From positions 14,353 through 78,352 of the forward strand of contig REDG01000055.1 in the NCBI GenBank assembly GCA_007693605.1: DNA of 64,000 bases, given 5' to 3'. Shown piece after piece: positions 17,856 through 27,719 of this stretch (position 1 is the stretch's first letter; each line of letters begins with the position of its first letter). The position numbers and the translations under genes are program-made. Under the pieces are notes generated by a model, which was given only the letters and a program-made list of their open reading frames with translations, searched no databases and was not told where the DNA came from. Source of the stretch: Bradymonadales bacterium (GTDB lineage Bacteria; Bdellovibrionota; UBA2394).

Positions 17856-18503
17856 ATGAGAGCAGAAATTATACAAATGCAAAATGCAACGACTGCTTAC
17901 GCACCACCGTCAGATCGGCCTGGTGATCAGATGGGTAAGAATGAGTTTTTAAAACTTCTTCTGACCCAGTTGAGCTATCAAGACCCGATGAGTCCGATGG
18001 ACAACGAGGGAATGCTAGAGCAGCTCACTCAATTTGCTCAACTCGAAGAACTAGAGAATGTCCGAAAGGCAGTCGACATGCTACTGAATGTGACGGGGGC
18101 CGGCAACGCGGCCAATTCCGTTACTCTTCTCGGTAGAGATGTTCGAATCGAAACGAACGAGTTTCGGGGACCAGAGGCAAGACTTCACTTTGAACTTGCC
18201 TCTGAAGCGTCCGAAATCGCTTTGGAGATTCGAGACAAAGATAATCGATTGGTCAAAATCATCAGTGATGTTCCAAGTGAAGCTGGGCTTCATGAGGTCA
18301 TCGTCGATGGTTTAGAGGCCAAAGATTATAAATTTGTGATTGTCGGAAAGGACAAAGCTCGAGCCGAACTCAATCCCGTACTCTCAGTGACAGAGAGAGT
18401 GGAAGGGGTGAATTTCTCGACGGCGATTCCAAATCTGAAATTTGGATCCGGTCGAGAACAACCCATCACTGGGGTGCTTGAGATCAATTTGCCGGAATCT
18501 TAA
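17856..18503 (+). CDS. flgD: flagellar hook capping/assembly protein FlgD
   Basis: MGKNEFLKLLLTQLSYQDPMSPMD is the FlgD signature; start set to ATG 17856 after GAGGA. Confidence 0.85.
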   Translation: MRAEIIQMQNATTAYAPPSDRPGDQMGKNEFLKLLLTQLSYQDPMSPMDNEGMLEQLTQFAQLEELENVRKAVDMLLNVTGAGNAANSVTLLGRDVRIETNEFRGPEARLHFELASEASEIALEIRDKDNRLVKIISDVPSEAGLHEVIVDGLEAKDYKFVIVGKDKARAELNPVLSVTERVEGVNFSTAIPNLKFGSGREQPITGVLEINLPES

Positions 18504-18516
18504 GGAGGAGAATCTT

Positions 18517-18903
18517 ATGGCAGATATTCGAGAAGTCATCATTGCATCACAGGTTTCGCCCGTTAAGGGAGGAGCCAAGCCAAAGGCCCATCAAGCAAAT
18601 CAAGGGTCTGAGGCCGCAAGCTTTGATCAAGCTCTTCGTCATGAGGAGTTGAAGATATCAAAGCATGCTCAGAAGCGTTTGGAGGCGAGAGAGATCTCAC
18701 TCTCTAACTCCGATCAGGCAAGACTGAGTGATGCGATGCAAAAACTAGAGCAAAAGGGGGCAAGAGATTCTCTTGTTCTCATGGGTGAACTGGCTCTGAT
18801 TGTGAATGTTCCAAACAAGACCGTCGTGACGGCCCTGGAGCGGGAGCAAATGAAAGAGCAATTGTTTACAAATATCGACTCTACAATTTTTGTGGATCGA
18901 TAG
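18517..18903 (+). CDS. small flagellar operon protein (between flgD and flgE)
   Basis: 128 aa; KISKHAQKRLEAREISL..LVLMGELALIVNVPNKTVVTAL resembles the conserved flgD-flgE interposed flagellar operon protein; strong RBS AAGGAGG. Confidence 0.55.
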   Translation: MADIREVIIASQVSPVKGGAKPKAHQANQGSEAASFDQALRHEELKISKHAQKRLEAREISLSNSDQARLSDAMQKLEQKGARDSLVLMGELALIVNVPNKTVVTALEREQMKEQLFTNIDSTIFVDR

Positions 18904-18969
18904 GAACTTCACTTGGACTCGTAAGAGAGAGTGAGGTTCCTCTAATGAATAAATTGGAGGGACAAAAAA

Positions 18970-20346
18970 ATGTCAGTACTAGCATCTTTATACTCCGGAA
19001 TTTCTGGAATTGTGTCGAATGGTTCGGCGCTTTCTGTTTCTGGAGATAATATCGCAAATATGAATACGACTGCTTTCAAATCGAGCAACGCTCTTTTTGA
19101 AAGTAATTTAACACAACGAATTGGAGATGTTCAGATCGGTTTGGGATCTCGATTGGCAGCGACGAATACGGCTTTCTCAGTCGGATCCTTCGCCAATTCG
19201 ACACGCAATACCGATATGGCCATTGAAGGAGAGGGATTCTTCGCCGTTCAGAACCCAAGTGGAGAGCGACTCTATACACGGGCGGGGGCATTCAGTCGAA
19301 ATGATCAGGGTCTTCTCGTTACGACAGTCGGAGGCTTTCAGCTTTTGGGCAGTCGAATTAATGAAGAAGGGAACATCGTTGGAACGCCTGGCGCCATTGA
19401 TCTGACCGACTTCTCGTCGGCTCCCTTGGCTTCGAGCAGCATACGAATGAATCTCAATCTTGATCCCATGGCGGCTCTGCCCGGAGGGGTCTTGGATGCC
19501 ACGAGTTTTTCGGCGGCTGAGGCCAGTTCGAACTTTAGTGTGCCTTCGACGATGTATGATTCTCGAGGAACTCCTCGGGAGGTCATCACTTATTTTCGAA
19601 GAACTGGAGACAATGAGTGGCAAGCGGCGACTTTGACCGACGCGGCAAATCTTGGCGCACCGGTCACAGCTGCGGATGGTTCCACCGTTGTTCTGAAGGC
19701 ATGGAATGTGACTTTCAATTCAGACGGAACTCTCAATACCGTTGCTGCAGATAATATTGGACTGGTTGTTTGGGATGATGACACTGCTGGAACGGGTTCT
19801 CCGAATGAGGATGCCGTTCTTGCCGGAGAGATCTTGAATGGGGCGATTCCTTGGTCTGGATCGGACCCGCTGAGCTTTGCTGAGTTCAGTCTGGATCTAG
19901 GTCAGGCGGGTGGTCTCGGTAACGCGACTCAATACGATCTTGGTTCAGGTTCTAATGCCAAATTTGTGGGTAGCAACGGTCGAGGTGTCGGAGAGCTGCA
20001 ATCGATCGATGTGACCGCGGCGGGACGTGTTCGAGGCATCTTTTCGAACGGAGACAGTCGCGATCTTTACAGTATTCCGATCGCCTTGTTCTCCAACAAC
20101 GAAGGTCTGGCTCGAATTGGATCGAATCTTTACCAAGAGACGGCCTCTAGCGGATCAGCCCTCTTGGGGGAGGCTGGTTCAAACGGTCGCGGTCAAGTCA
20201 GGGCCTTTGCCTTGGAGCAAAGTAATGTGGATCTTGCGAGTGAATTCGTAAAGATCATTCAATATCAGAGAGGATTCCAGGCCTCTGCAAGGACCATCTC
20301 AGCCGCTGCGGATATCCTTCAGGAGCTGGTGAACTTGGGTCGATAA
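18970..20346 (+). CDS. flgE: flagellar hook protein FlgE
   Basis: LYSGISGIVSNGSALSVSGDNIANMNTTAFK N-terminus; C-terminal LEQSNVDLASEFVKIIQYQRGFQASARTIS. Confidence 0.92.
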   Translation: MSVLASLYSGISGIVSNGSALSVSGDNIANMNTTAFKSSNALFESNLTQRIGDVQIGLGSRLAATNTAFSVGSFANSTRNTDMAIEGEGFFAVQNPSGERLYTRAGAFSRNDQGLLVTTVGGFQLLGSRINEEGNIVGTPGAIDLTDFSSAPLASSSIRMNLNLDPMAALPGGVLDATSFSAAEASSNFSVPSTMYDSRGTPREVITYFRRTGDNEWQAATLTDAANLGAPVTAADGSTVVLKAWNVTFNSDGTLNTVAADNIGLVVWDDDTAGTGSPNEDAVLAGEILNGAIPWSGSDPLSFAEFSLDLGQAGGLGNATQYDLGSGSNAKFVGSNGRGVGELQSIDVTAAGRVRGIFSNGDSRDLYSIPIALFSNNEGLARIGSNLYQETASSGSALLGEAGSNGRGQVRAFALEQSNVDLASEFVKIIQYQRGFQASARTISAAADILQELVNLGR

Positions 20347-20371
20347 GCGAGAGACAACGAGAACCGAAGTC

Positions 20372-20417
20372 AGCGGGGCGTCAGAACTTTAAGAGTCTGA
20401 CGCCCCGCTTTTCTTTT
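20372..20417 (+). terminator. rho-independent terminator after flgE
   Basis: AGCGGGGCGTCAGA..TCTGACGCCCCGCT 14-bp GC-rich stem followed by TTTTCTTTT. Confidence 0.85.
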
Positions 20418-20486
20418 AGAGGAGACTAAAAAGCTCTGTTTTTCATCGAGTTAAACGAGTCGGCAAGATACAATGAGAGGGAAGCC

Positions 20487-21527
20487 ATGGGATCACCGCA
20501 AGCCAGTGAGGGCAGCTATCTTGTTGATTTTTTTGATGATCTTTTGAGGTCTGATCTTGAGTGGTCTATTCGCGAAGAGTATCCACTGCTTTTTGATTCT
20601 GTAGAGACTCGTTCGCAAGTCTTTCAGCTTTCTGAGTTGGAGTCATCGGAGCCAACGACGAGGGCCAAAGAACCAAGCACCCCAGAAGAGAGATTTGAAT
20701 TGCTTTCAAGTTCTCCAAAGCCTGTCGAAAAATTTGGAGGTCCGAATCAGATCTTCGTGGTGCAAGACGAGGGGAAGCTCGTGGCGGGTCTGGGCGTTTT
20801 GTTAAAGGAGATTCCCGCACGAATTGATAGAAAACTTCTTGTGGCCTTTATCGGAAATGTCGTGACCCACCCAGACTATAGAAACCAGGGTTTGCAGAGA
20901 AAATTGTTTGATCGGGTCGACAGAGAATTGGAACAGATCGGTTGTGACCTCAGCTTGCTTTGGAGCAATCAAATTGATTTTTACCAAAGGCTGGGCTTTC
21001 GGCTTGGAGGTCTTCAGGTCACATGGGCGCCTCCAATGATCAAGACAGAAAGTCCCGTCCAGCACTCGGAGCATTGGGAGTTGAGTAAAGAGCTGGGCTT
21101 TCGAGATGTTTGGTATGAAGCGATGAAAGCAAGAAGTTTTGTGCCTCACCGAACCTATGAAGAGGCGAAAGCTCTCTTTCAAATTCCAGAGATGTATCTG
21201 ATTACTCACGGAGATGCCTACGCGCTGGTGGGTAAGGGGGCAGACTTTGAGGGGGTTTGTCATGAGTGGGGCGGGCCGGCAGAAGATTTAGCAGAGTGCT
21301 TTAAAAAGATTCAATCGGTAGATAAGTCGGTTCGGATTCTGGGCCCGGGTGTTTTGCATTCTGAGTCTGAAATGAAAGCCGTGCGTTCACTTCAGACCGC
21401 CGGCTTTGAGCCTCGCCTTGAATACTTGGGGCTCTTTCGAGCCCATTTGGATGCCGTGAATTTGGACGACCTCCAGCCAGATCAACTCAAATATCCTTTT
21501 TTTGTGTGGGGCTTAGACTCGATATGA
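20487..21527 (+). CDS. GNAT-family N-acetyltransferase
   Basis: VAFIGNVVTHPDYRNQGLQRKLFDRV..FYQRLGF acetyl-CoA-binding motif; ATGA-coupled to the downstream Maf gene. Confidence 0.75.
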   Translation: MGSPQASEGSYLVDFFDDLLRSDLEWSIREEYPLLFDSVETRSQVFQLSELESSEPTTRAKEPSTPEERFELLSSSPKPVEKFGGPNQIFVVQDEGKLVAGLGVLLKEIPARIDRKLLVAFIGNVVTHPDYRNQGLQRKLFDRVDRELEQIGCDLSLLWSNQIDFYQRLGFRLGGLQVTWAPPMIKTESPVQHSEHWELSKELGFRDVWYEAMKARSFVPHRTYEEAKALFQIPEMYLITHGDAYALVGKGADFEGVCHEWGGPAEDLAECFKKIQSVDKSVRILGPGVLHSESEMKAVRSLQTAGFEPRLEYLGLFRAHLDAVNLDDLQPDQLKYPFFVWGLDSI

Positions 21528-23350
21528 AAGCACTCGAAGATAATCTCGGACTACTGATGCAGCGCTACCCCGACTATCAGGCTCAAGTGAGCCGATTTGG
21601 AGACGAAAAGTTCTTTCGAAAGTTCTCACTCTCTGAGTCAGAGGCTGGTCTAGAGCTTTTCGAAGGGGAGAAGCTAGTCGATTCTACGAAGGATGATTTT
21701 CTAGACTTTCGACTTCCAACAGAGACCAATACTCAAATCTTGGTGGTTTTTGGCTTTGGCTTGGGGGTTTCTCTCTTGAAGTTGTTGGAGTTGACGAAAG
21801 AAGACTTTCAGAGGGTGATTGTTGTGGAGCCTTCTTGGGAGAGGTTCATCTATGCACTGGGTCTCACCAACTTAGAGTCTGTGCTCTCGCATCCAAAGAT
21901 TGAGTGGTGCATCGGAAGGTCTAGAGAGGCTTGCTTCGCCAGTTTCTTTGAGGTTCTTCACCAAAAGGAGCTGGCTGCGGTGCTCTCTACCAGTCTTATC
22001 TACAAGCATCCCATGATCTACCCAATGTATCAGGATTACTTTGATGCGATTGAAGATGAGCTTGAAGCCTCGAAGAAGGCCATCAAAAGGAGTTTCGGAA
22101 ACTTCGAAGACTCCCTTCTGGGGCTTCAATTCAGCCTTGAAAATCGAAAGTGGATTGAGAAGACGAGTGGAGTTCGATACTTGAAAGACGCTTTCAAGGG
22201 AGTTCCCGCTCTTGTTCTTTCTGCCGGACCTTCTCTTGCTAAGTCTCTTCCGCAGGTGAAGAAGCTGCAGAATAAGGCTTTGATCATTTCTGTGGATGCG
22301 AGTCTAAAGCCCGTGCTGGAAGCTGGGATTCAGCCCCATTTTGTCACGAGCTTAGAGAGAAGCCACGAGACCAAGAAATTTTTTGAATCGATCGGTCAAG
22401 GGTCTTCTATCAAGACAGATTTGATTGCCTACCCACTGGTGCCAAACGAAGTAATAGAGAGCTATCCTGGCAAGACATGGGTCAGTTATCGAGATCATGC
22501 TTATTTTCAGTTTTTTGAAAAGACTTGTCCTCGAGGGATTGTTCCGAGCAAGACATCTGTCTCTCACTTTAGCGCTCGTCTGGCCGACTGGATGGGCTGC
22601 TCTGAGATTGTCTTGTTGGGCCAAGACCTTTCTTACGACCCCAAGAGCTTGAGTTCTCATGTGGATGGGGTGGCGATTCCGGCCTGGTCTCAGTCAAAGT
22701 CCTTGGAGGAGCTGAGTCTGGAGTTGCAGAAGTCCCAAGGGACCGCACCATTTTATGTTCCTGGCAACGAAGGGGGAATGTTGCCCACCAATCCGCAGTG
22801 GTTCAGCATGATGAAAGAGTTTAGCTGGGAGGCGACGCAGCTTGCGGCCCCTCTGTTAAATGCCAGCTTTGGAGGGGCCAAGATCCCTGGAGTGCCCTGG
22901 GTGAAACTGGAAGAAGTGGCAAAGGAGTGGCAGGAGCGAGAGGATCTCTTTGGCGTTCGGGATGATCTTCACCCGCCAGAAGTTTCGGGCTCGTTGGACT
23001 TGGCGGAGATCATCGAAAGGTTGGAGAGTTTTGAAGTCCGCCTTCAGCAGCTGCATGATCAGAGCCAGGCCTTGGTTCAGGACTTGAAGACATTGCAGCC
23101 CGCCCTTCAGATGAAGATGATGACATTGCTTCGAGAGTCACTTCGGAGTCTGATGTCAGACCCCGTATTTGTCGCTTTTGTGGCGGAGTTGAAGTCGGCG
23201 GTTCACTTCGAGCTTGAAAATGAGTGGAATGTGCTTCGGGCTCGAATCGAAAGCGTTCCCGTCTTTTCTAAAATTCTTTCTCGTTGGTATGCTGAGATGT
23301 TGGATGCTCTGCAACGAGTCTTGCCTTTATTGAAAGAATCCCAAAAATAA
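21524..23350 (+). CDS. motility-associated factor (Maf, DUF115-type) putative flagellin glycosyltransferase
   Basis: ALVLSAGPSLAKSLPQVKKLQNKALIISVDASLKPVLEAGIQPHFVTSLER..IVLLGQDLSY matches the Maf core as I recall it; located directly upstream of flagellin. Confidence 0.7.
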   Translation: MKALEDNLGLLMQRYPDYQAQVSRFGDEKFFRKFSLSESEAGLELFEGEKLVDSTKDDFLDFRLPTETNTQILVVFGFGLGVSLLKLLELTKEDFQRVIVVEPSWERFIYALGLTNLESVLSHPKIEWCIGRSREACFASFFEVLHQKELAAVLSTSLIYKHPMIYPMYQDYFDAIEDELEASKKAIKRSFGNFEDSLLGLQFSLENRKWIEKTSGVRYLKDAFKGVPALVLSAGPSLAKSLPQVKKLQNKALIISVDASLKPVLEAGIQPHFVTSLERSHETKKFFESIGQGSSIKTDLIAYPLVPNEVIESYPGKTWVSYRDHAYFQFFEKTCPRGIVPSKTSVSHFSARLADWMGCSEIVLLGQDLSYDPKSLSSHVDGVAIPAWSQSKSLEELSLELQKSQGTAPFYVPGNEGGMLPTNPQWFSMMKEFSWEATQLAAPLLNASFGGAKIPGVPWVKLEEVAKEWQEREDLFGVRDDLHPPEVSGSLDLAEIIERLESFEVRLQQLHDQSQALVQDLKTLQPALQMKMMTLLRESLRSLMSDPVFVAFVAELKSAVHFELENEWNVLRARIESVPVFSKILSRWYAEMLDALQRVLPLLKESQK

Positions 23351-23553
23351 TACAAGGCGTTATTTTTTTTGCGGCAGAGCATCAAGTCTTTGATTTTACA
23401 AAGCCGATTTAGTTTTTTCTGATTTCTTTGAGATTTTGCTGCCGTCAATTCAGGCTTTGGTCGAAAGCATGCTTGTCATTTCACGGGGCCATTGGATGGT
23501 ACGGAATGGAAAGTGCTCAATAACGAGCAAGGAACTTTAACGGAGAAAAAAAT

Positions 23554-25119
23554 ATGGGACTTCGTATTAACACAAATGTTGCTTCTTTGAATGCTCAAAG
23601 AAACCTACAATCAACTTCTAGGGCCTTGGGCCGATCTCTTGAGAGATTGTCTTCAGGTTCTCGTATCAACCGCGCCGGAGATGACGCCGCGGGCCTCGCG
23701 ATTTCTGAGGGTCTTCAGTCTCAGGTGAGAGGTCTTCGACAAGCCGTTCGAAACGCGAACGACTCGTTGGGATTCTTGAACACTGCAGAGGGTGCTCTTG
23801 GGGAGATCACAAATATTACGCAAAGGCTTCGTGAGTTGGCCATTCAGGCAGCCAACGGTGCCATTGGTAACAACGAAAGACGATTTCTTAACGAAGAGAT
23901 GCAAGCTCTTCTTCAAGAGTTTGATCGTATCGCTGTTCAAACAGAATTTAACGGAACCAAACTCTTGGACGGTAGTTTCGTCGAAACAGACCTTCAAGTG
24001 GGTGTGAACAAGGGGGAGTCGATCAGCTTCACGATCGGTGATGCGCGAGCGAGCTCACTCGGTGCTCTGGCTTCTCTTTCGGGTCAACAAAACCGAATCA
24101 ATGATGACGCCATGGGCAATGAGATCACTCTTGGAACGGGCAACCGACAAGCGAGCGTGACTCTTTCAGAAAACAACGGTTTTGACACCTCTTCTCCTGA
24201 CAATTCGGCTCGAGACTATAGTGCCATTGCGGTGGCTGCAGCCATCAATTCGATTGCCAATGTCACAGGAGTTCAGGCCAGTGTTAAGGAATCCGTTTTT
24301 CAACTTAACAACCTAAGCCTATACTCCTTGGGTCAAACAGAAGCAGTTGTTTCTGGCGACTTGACCATTAACGGTCAAGAGATCGTCGGAAGCGTCGGGA
24401 GCATTGACGGTCTTGTCAACACTATTAACAACTTTTCAAGTGTTACGGGTGTTGAGGCTCGATTGAATGGATCAAATAGTGTTGAGCTTTTTGCAAGAGA
24501 CGGACGGAATATTCAGTTTGTGGTCGGAGAGCAAACCACTGGTCTTTCTGTTGGGTCCTTCTCTAACGGCTTCCGGGCGGCCTTTAACCACGCAGATAAC
24601 GAAGTAAATGATGCGAATCTAAATAGAATCTTCACTGCGGGATCATATTTTTCATTTGGTGGTGCCGATCGAGGAAGGGCGATTGATCTTACTTCCGTTG
24701 GAGCGGTTGAAATCAGCTCAGCAGATCTGATTCTGATTTCGGGAGACAATAGCGCAGACTTCTTCGGATTCTCTGAAACGGTCGCTGTTGTCGATAAGTC
24801 GACTTCTGTTTCAAGCTTGGATATCAGTAATCAAGCAAGTGCGCAAAACGCTCTTCAGAATATCGATGCGACGCTCAACCAGTTGAACGAGCTGCGATCT
24901 CGATTGGGAGCGGTTCAGAACCGACTAGAGTCGACCATTCGAAACTTGGGGATTGGCTTGGAGAACATTTCTTCTGCCCAATCTCAGATTCGAGATGCCG
25001 ACATCGCTGAGGAAACAGCCGAGTTGACTCGAGCTCAGATCCTTCAGCAGGCGGGTATTGCGGTCCTTGGACAGGCCAATACTTCTGCCCAGGTGGCACT
25101 GGCACTCCTTCAGTTCTAA
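23554..25119 (+). CDS. fliC: flagellin with long central variable domain
   Basis: MGLRINTNVASLNAQRNL..RLSSGSRINRAGDDAAGLAISE N-terminus; C-terminal SRLGAVQNRLESTIRNL..RDADIAEETAELTRAQILQQAGIAVLGQAN; 521 aa. Confidence 0.95.
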   Translation: MGLRINTNVASLNAQRNLQSTSRALGRSLERLSSGSRINRAGDDAAGLAISEGLQSQVRGLRQAVRNANDSLGFLNTAEGALGEITNITQRLRELAIQAANGAIGNNERRFLNEEMQALLQEFDRIAVQTEFNGTKLLDGSFVETDLQVGVNKGESISFTIGDARASSLGALASLSGQQNRINDDAMGNEITLGTGNRQASVTLSENNGFDTSSPDNSARDYSAIAVAAAINSIANVTGVQASVKESVFQLNNLSLYSLGQTEAVVSGDLTINGQEIVGSVGSIDGLVNTINNFSSVTGVEARLNGSNSVELFARDGRNIQFVVGEQTTGLSVGSFSNGFRAAFNHADNEVNDANLNRIFTAGSYFSFGGADRGRAIDLTSVGAVEISSADLILISGDNSADFFGFSETVAVVDKSTSVSSLDISNQASAQNALQNIDATLNQLNELRSRLGAVQNRLESTIRNLGIGLENISSAQSQIRDADIAEETAELTRAQILQQAGIAVLGQANTSAQVALALLQF

Positions 25120-25146
25120 AACCTTAGTTGGGTGGGATGAGGTCAA

Positions 25147-25177
25147 GTGATCTGAGACTCACCGAGTCTCAGATCAC
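25147..25177 (+). terminator. strong hairpin after flagellin (terminator or mRNA stabiliser; no U-tract)
   Basis: GTGATCTGAGACTC-acc-GAGTCTCAGATCAC, perfect 14-bp stem, 28 nt after the stop. Confidence 0.5.
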
Positions 25178-25252
25178 AAACACCTCAAGAAAGCTCCCAC
25201 ACACTGAGGTTAAAAACTGAATTGAGTGACCCGAGTCAGCAGGAGGTGGAAG

Positions 25253-25642
25253 ATGGGAAGCGTTCGAGGTCCTGAAGACCAGGACCAAAACTCCCCGAGA
25301 CGGAGTCCGCTCCTCTCTCCCGAAGGTCTGGCTGCTTTGAAAGCCCTTGCGCCCAAAGCTGGAGGAAGTTCTTCAGCATGTATTTGGGCCTGCCATCAAC
25401 TGACGCGAGAGCTGAGGTTTGTGGCAGAGAGCTATCAGAGGCAGAAGATTGGTGGGGCAGAGAGTCATGTTCGATTTGAACTGGACCCTGAAACCGGAAA
25501 GATTCTGGTCCAAGTAAAGGATGAAACCACGGGAGACTTCAGTTTGAAGCTCACCGAGAAAGAGGTAGAAACAATTTTAAAGACGCTGGAAGAGACCGAC
25601 GACAATCAAAGCACTCTAACCAGCTTGATTCTAGATTGTTAG
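25253..25642 (+). CDS. flaG: FlaG-like flagellar protein
   Basis: VRFELDPETGKILVQVKDETTGDFSLKLTEKEVETILKTLEE resembles the FlaG core; RBS AGGAGG before ATG 25253. Confidence 0.65.
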   Translation: MGSVRGPEDQDQNSPRRSPLLSPEGLAALKALAPKAGGSSSACIWACHQLTRELRFVAESYQRQKIGGAESHVRFELDPETGKILVQVKDETTGDFSLKLTEKEVETILKTLEETDDNQSTLTSLILDC

Positions 25643-25651
25643 TATGAAAGT

Positions 25652-25688
25652 GACGCCAGGAGTTAAAGCTCCTGGCGTTATTTTTTTC
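25652..25688 (+). terminator. rho-independent terminator after flaG
   Basis: ACGCCAGGAG-ttaaag-CTCCTGGCGT followed by TTATTTTTTTT. Confidence 0.85.
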
Positions 25689-25778
25689 ACAGGAAGTTTT
25701 GAGAGTGTTGACATGCTCTGTCATAGTTAAAAACCGCCTATAATAGGCTAGGGGCAAAGAATTTAGGATGCGATCAAA

Positions 25779-27251
25779 ATGACCTTTGGATTGAGTGGAT
25801 TAGGAAGTGGTATCAATTGGCGACAGCTAATCGATACGATCATTCGTGCCGATGAAGAATCCGTCGCTCGAACACTTGGGCGTCGGGAAGTTCTTGTGAA
25901 TGTGGAGAGAACCGTTTTTTCCAATTTACAAGGCGCCATGACAGGTCTTAGGACTTCGATTCAGGCGCTCAACTCCACAGGGAATTTTCGAACAAAGACG
26001 GTCACCTCGTCTGATCCATCAATAGTTACGGCCTCAGCCACAAATTCTGCGAGTGTTCAATCAGCAAAAGTAGAAGTGCTTTCATTGGCCACACAAGCGC
26101 AAGCGAGAATGAAGTTTGCAAGCACAGACGCAGTCGTTCACGAAGCGGCGGGCAATGCCGAGATTACGCTGAAGGTTCGAGGAGTGGAAAGAAAATTAGA
26201 GGTTCCTACGGGCACGACTCTCTCTCAGTTGGCGGAACTCATCAACTCATCCAATATGGGAGTGCGAGCCACAGTTTACAATACCAACGATGGCACTGAC
26301 ACTCCCGCTCGACTCAGCCTGACAGATAATCAGTTGGGGACTTGGACGGACCCGAGCGCAGAGGGTGACGAGGATTCGGTAAATATTGAATTTGTGGACT
26401 TCAGTAGCGTTCTTGACCAGGTGGATGAAGATCCTGAATACATTCCTGCAGAACAAACCGTGGTGAAAATTAACGGTGAGGAAGTTCGAAGAAACAATCA
26501 CTCGATTACCGATGTTTTGCCTGGCATGACCCTAAGCCTGAGAGACGCGAAACCCGGCACCACGGTCACGCTGTCTGTGAATGAATCCACAGGCAATGCG
26601 CTTTCTGCGATGAAAAGATTTGTGGAGTCCTACAATGAAGTGATTAACATCCTTCGCTCTTCTCTACGAGTGGACCTCTCTGAAGAAGTTCAGAGCAATC
26701 CGACGGCAGGAAACTCCACCCTAAGGGGAATCCTGACTCAGCTTCAGGCAGCAGTGACTCGACCGATTGATTCTGGCGGGCTTGACTCTATGTTTTCTTC
26801 GATGACGGATTTAGGGATCACTTCCGTTCGGAACACAACGGATCCCAGCAAAAATGGGCATCTACAGTTGAATGAGGCCCTTTTCAATGCGGCAATCAAC
26901 ACAGACTTTGATGGAGTGATTGATTTCTTAGAGGGCGCTCTCAAAGAGGACGGGCAAAGAGGAAAGGGCTTTGCTGACAAGATGGGTGACTTGATGACCA
27001 GTTTCTTGGCGAGTGAGACGGGCTCTATCACATCAACAATCAAGAGTTTAGACTCTACACTTCGAAGAGTCTCGGCAGATAAAATTAAAAGAGTGGAGCA
27101 GATCAATGCCAAAGAGAAACGGCTGGTTGAGAGGTTTGCAAGATTAGAGAGTCAGTTGGCGGGCCTCAATCAACAGCAGAACACTTTGGACTCAGCTCTT
27201 AACTCTTTGAATCAATTGCAGACTTTTATTTCAAGAAGAGGCAAGGGCTAA
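25779..27251 (+). CDS. fliD: flagellar filament cap protein FliD
   Basis: GLGSGINWRQLIDTIIRADEE N-terminus, C-terminal coiled coil (RFARLESQLAGLNQQQNTLDSAL), 490 aa. Confidence 0.9.
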   Translation: MTFGLSGLGSGINWRQLIDTIIRADEESVARTLGRREVLVNVERTVFSNLQGAMTGLRTSIQALNSTGNFRTKTVTSSDPSIVTASATNSASVQSAKVEVLSLATQAQARMKFASTDAVVHEAAGNAEITLKVRGVERKLEVPTGTTLSQLAELINSSNMGVRATVYNTNDGTDTPARLSLTDNQLGTWTDPSAEGDEDSVNIEFVDFSSVLDQVDEDPEYIPAEQTVVKINGEEVRRNNHSITDVLPGMTLSLRDAKPGTTVTLSVNESTGNALSAMKRFVESYNEVINILRSSLRVDLSEEVQSNPTAGNSTLRGILTQLQAAVTRPIDSGGLDSMFSSMTDLGITSVRNTTDPSKNGHLQLNEALFNAAINTDFDGVIDFLEGALKEDGQRGKGFADKMGDLMTSFLASETGSITSTIKSLDSTLRRVSADKIKRVEQINAKEKRLVERFARLESQLAGLNQQQNTLDSALNSLNQLQTFISRRGKG

Positions 27252-27266
27252 GCGAGGAGGCAAAAG

Positions 27267-27686
27267 GTGAGCGGATTTACAAGAGGTCGAATCAATTCTT
27301 ATCAGAAGACATCGATTCAAACCGCAAGCAAAGAAGAGCTAATTCTAATGCTCTACAATGGGGCGATTCGTTTTACTCACCAGGCGATTGATCATATTGA
27401 CAAGAAAGAATTTCCCGATGGAGCGAAGAATATCTGTCGAGCTCAAGCCATTGTTGTGGAGCTGATGAACGCCCTCAACTTTGATCAGGGCGGTGACATC
27501 GCAAAGAATCTTGAATATCTCTACTCGGTGATGGTCGACAATCTAACAACGGCCAACTTCGATCGAGTGGTTGAGCCCTTGAGAGTGAATTTGGAGATTT
27601 TAGATCGGCTCAAGTCTGCTTGGGAAGGGGTCCTCCAACAAATCAAAGAGGGAAAGATTCAGGCCACACCCTCACAACTTCGCTAA
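27267..27686 (+). CDS. fliS: flagellin-specific chaperone FliS
   Basis: YQKTSIQTASKEELILMLYNGAIRF..NICRAQAIVVELMNALN..LYSVM pattern; GTG start. Confidence 0.9.
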   Translation: MSGFTRGRINSYQKTSIQTASKEELILMLYNGAIRFTHQAIDHIDKKEFPDGAKNICRAQAIVVELMNALNFDQGGDIAKNLEYLYSVMVDNLTTANFDRVVEPLRVNLEILDRLKSAWEGVLQQIKEGKIQATPSQLR

Positions 27687-27719
27687 CGGCCCATCTGCTT
27701 TACCGGTTGGACCACTAGG
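27681..27719. repeat. interspersed intergenic repeat, copy A
   Basis: CGCTAACGGCCCATCTGCTTTACCGGTTGGACCACTAGG; shares the core and the GGTTGGACCACT tail with the copy at 48709; spans both convergent stop codons. Confidence 0.7.

Noticed and set aside
23351-23372. AT-rich stretch with T8 run after the Maf gene as a terminator
   Set aside because: Only a 6-bp A/T stem (AAATAA..TTATTT) can be drawn, which is too weak to call.
25708-25744. TTGACA ... TATAAT upstream of fliD as a sigma70 promoter
   Set aside because: The hexamers are 25 nt apart, far from the 17 +/- 1 nt optimum, and no convincing sigma28 or sigma54 match was found there either.
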